Shown here: one piece after another, positions 61,724 through 64,000 of the stretch
How the letters are laid out: the number at the start of each line of letters is the position of its first letter
Position numbering within the stretch: position 1 is the first letter of the stretch
NCBI GenBank assembly: GCA_963804645.1
Contig: CAWDRG010000009.1
Location: 1,340,628-1,404,627, forward strand
DNA length: 64,000 nt
From: an uncultured Bacillota bacterium
GTDB taxonomy: Bacteria > Sysuimicrobiota > Sysuimicrobiia > Sysuimicrobiales > Segetimicrobiaceae
Direction: 5' to 3'
The notes under the pieces: generated by a model
The model's input: the letters and a program-made list of their open reading frames with translations, nothing else
Database searches by the model: none
What the model was told of the DNA's origin: nothing
Translations under genes and position numbers: made by a program

Positions 61724-62749
61724 GTGACGGCGTATATCCTGCGGCGCCTGTGTCTGCTGCCTCTTGTAGCGTTTGGGGTGACGCTGCTGATCTTCGGCCT
61801 GCTTCAAGCGCTGCCGCCGGCGTCTCGGGCGATGCTGTTCATCCAGAATCCGGAACAGTCCAACGCGATCGCCGCGGTCATCCGAAAGTACGGCCTCGAT
61901 AAACCGATGTACGTGCAGTACGGCCATTGGGTGTGGAATCTGCTGCACGGCGACCTCGGGTACTCGCAGTCCGCGCGCATGCCCGTCGCGCAGGCGATCA
62001 CCACGTTTTTTCCCGCAACCGTTGAGGTAAGCGTGTACGCGTTCGTGTTGATCGTTGTTGTGGGCGTGACTCTCGGGACGGCCGCGGCGGTACACCGCGA
62101 CCGGGTCGTCGATCACCTTTCGCGGATCCTGTCGATCTGCGGGTACTCGCTGCCGGTCTTCGTGTGGGGTTTGCTGCTGTTGTTGGTATTCTACGGGCGG
62201 CTACAATGGTTTCCGCCAGAGCGGTTGTCGCTCGAGGCGGGACTGTATACACAATCGACGGCGTTCCATCCGTACACCGGCTTGATGACCGTGGATGCGG
62301 TGCTGAACGGCGCGTGGTGGATCTTCTGGGACGCACTCCGGCATCTCGTGCTCCCCGTACTCACGCTGACATACTTCCTCGCGGCCACCTTGGTGCGGAT
62401 CACCCGCTCGGCGCTGCTCGACGCGCTGCAGCAGGACTACGTGCGTACGGCGCGCGGCAAGGGGCTGCCGGAGTCTGCGGTGATTGGTCGGCACGCCCGG
62501 AAAAACGCGCTGATTTCCGTGATCACCCTCAGCAGTTCGATTGCAATCGGGTTGCTTGGCGGAGTGGTTATCACCGAGACGATTTTCAACTTTCCTGGGA
62601 TCGGGCGGTGGGGGGCTACGGCTGCGCTGGAGCTCGACCTACCGGCAGTGGCCGGATTCGCCCTGCTCGTAGCGGGTCTTACCGTCTGCGTGAACCTTGC
62701 CGCCGACGTGCTGTATAGCTGCGTGGACCCGAGAATCCGGCTGCGATGA
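61724..62749 (+). CDS. ABC peptide permease (DppB-like)
   Basis: YILRRL, GDLGYS, DYVRTARGKGL, ITETIF.FPGIG. Confidence 0.92.
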   Translation: MTAYILRRLCLLPLVAFGVTLLIFGLLQALPPASRAMLFIQNPEQSNAIAAVIRKYGLDKPMYVQYGHWVWNLLHGDLGYSQSARMPVAQAITTFFPATVEVSVYAFVLIVVVGVTLGTAAAVHRDRVVDHLSRILSICGYSLPVFVWGLLLLLVFYGRLQWFPPERLSLEAGLYTQSTAFHPYTGLMTVDAVLNGAWWIFWDALRHLVLPVLTLTYFLAATLVRITRSALLDALQQDYVRTARGKGLPESAVIGRHARKNALISVITLSSSIAIGLLGGVVITETIFNFPGIGRWGATAALELDLPAVAGFALLVAGLTVCVNLAADVLYSCVDPRIRLR

Positions 62750-62762
62750 GCCGGGGAGAGCG

Positions 62763-63749
62763 GTGACGACGATTCTTGGGACGCTCGCCCATCGTGTGAT
62801 CGGGGAGCCGATCGCGGCGGCGGCGACCGCGGCGCTCTTCGTGTGCGTCATCACGCTGTTTCGGCGGCCATGGCCGATGCTGCAGGGCTTGCGTGCCCGT
62901 CCCCTGGCGTGCGCCGCCGTGTGGGTCGTCACGGGATTCGCGATGCTTGCGACTGCGGCGCCGCTCCTTGCGTCGCCAGCCTCGCTCCGCAACCCCTACC
63001 TCATCCCGACGACCGGGTTCGCGATCGAGCCCCGCCCACCTGACGCGGCCCACCCGTTCGGCACCACCGAGAATCAGTTCGACCTGTACTACGGTATCGT
63101 GTGGGGCACGCGCACGGCGTTCGAGGTGACGCTCAGCATCGTTGGGGTCTCGCTATTGCTCGGGTTCACGCTGGGGGGCGCGGCGGGGTACGCTGGTGGC
63201 CTGGTGGACGAGGTCGTGATGCGGACCACAGACGTGTTCCTCGCCTTTCCAGGGCTTGTGCTCGCCGTCGTCATCGTCGCGGTCCTGGGGAAAGGGCTCG
63301 ACAAGATCATCCTCGCCATCGGGGTGGTCAACTGGCCGATCTACGCCCGTCTCGTCCGCGGCGAGGTACTCTCGCTCACCGAGCGGGAGTTCGTGACAGC
63401 GTCGCGGGCGCTCGGCGGGAGCCACCTGCGCGTACTGCTGCGGCACGTCATGCCGAATGCCGTGTATCCGTTCCTTGTGTACGGCTCCCTCGACATGGGC
63501 AATATCGTAATCGTCTCCGCCGCCCTCAGCTTTCTCGGGCTCGGCACTGAGATCGGGTATGCCGACTGGGGTCAGCTGATCGCGCTGTCGCGGCAGTGGA
63601 TCCTCGGCGCCCCAGGCCACGCGTTCCTATTCTGGTACACCGTGGCATTCCCGGCGGCGGCGATCACACTGTTCGTGCTCGGGTGGAACATTCTCGGGGA
63701 CGCGATCCGCGACTTCGCGGATCCGAGGCTGCGGCGACAGATCCGCTGA
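62763..63749 (+). CDS. ABC peptide permease (DppC-like)
   Basis: HPFGT, RHVMPN, AALSFLGLG, GDAIRD..DPR. Confidence 0.92.
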   Translation: MTTILGTLAHRVIGEPIAAAATAALFVCVITLFRRPWPMLQGLRARPLACAAVWVVTGFAMLATAAPLLASPASLRNPYLIPTTGFAIEPRPPDAAHPFGTTENQFDLYYGIVWGTRTAFEVTLSIVGVSLLLGFTLGGAAGYAGGLVDEVVMRTTDVFLAFPGLVLAVVIVAVLGKGLDKIILAIGVVNWPIYARLVRGEVLSLTEREFVTASRALGGSHLRVLLRHVMPNAVYPFLVYGSLDMGNIVIVSAALSFLGLGTEIGYADWGQLIALSRQWILGAPGHAFLFWYTVAFPAAAITLFVLGWNILGDAIRDFADPRLRRQIR

Positions 63750-64000
63750 GGTACGCGCAGGCACCACTCCTATGGGTGCGCGCCTACGCCGGGCGGGTCC
63801 GCCGGGGGCACACGGCGCCGGGGGTCCACGACCTCCGCCGAGAGGATCTCGGGAATGTTGCCGATCTCCCAATACCGGACGCGCGGCTCGCCCACTTCTG
63901 GCACCAATCTGAGCGTTCCGTGATGCCGACACGGTTTCAGCGACCCGTACAGCGCGGGACGGCGCCATGCACCAGGGCACTCTCGGATCCACTGGCTAGA

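Noticed and set aside
63891..63906. CCCACTTCTGGCACCA as another att copy
   Set aside because: Only the last 7 nt match exactly; compatible with chance, and no stump is recognisable before the window ends.

Overview
High-GC bacterial chromosome window in two parts. (1) About 1-33.4 kb is core metabolism: TCA cluster (sdhA 3' part, sdhB, icd, mdh, sucCD), yvlD-rapZ-yvcK, a complex I operon with only the membrane subunits (nuoA-H-J-K-L-M-N), a Thermus-type V/A-ATPase operon whose B subunit carries a 180-aa mini-intein, a Clp1-like polynucleotide kinase, DUF881-sbp, gap-pgk-tpiA-secG (gap and pgk each with a 1-bp insertion, probably sequencing error), pncB and a PLP decarboxylase. (2) From tRNA-Leu(GAG) at 33523-33608 onward is an accessory region. 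The 3'-terminal 20 bp of the tRNA recurs seven more times as direct repeats out to 58.1 kb. Most copies are followed by a decayed large serine recombinase fragment whose reading frame runs into the repeat, and the first five intervals each hold one co-oriented cargo gene, giving an integron-like, tRNA-anchored cassette array. Cargo includes a probable AhpD-like CxxU selenoprotein with a SECIS-like hairpin, secreted, HAF-repeat and PEP-CTERM proteins, an intact ISL3 with 8-bp target duplication, a dead IS5, a broken MNT-HEPN pair, and three peptide ABC modules without ATPase genes. All family calls come from motif recognition by eye; no database searches were run.
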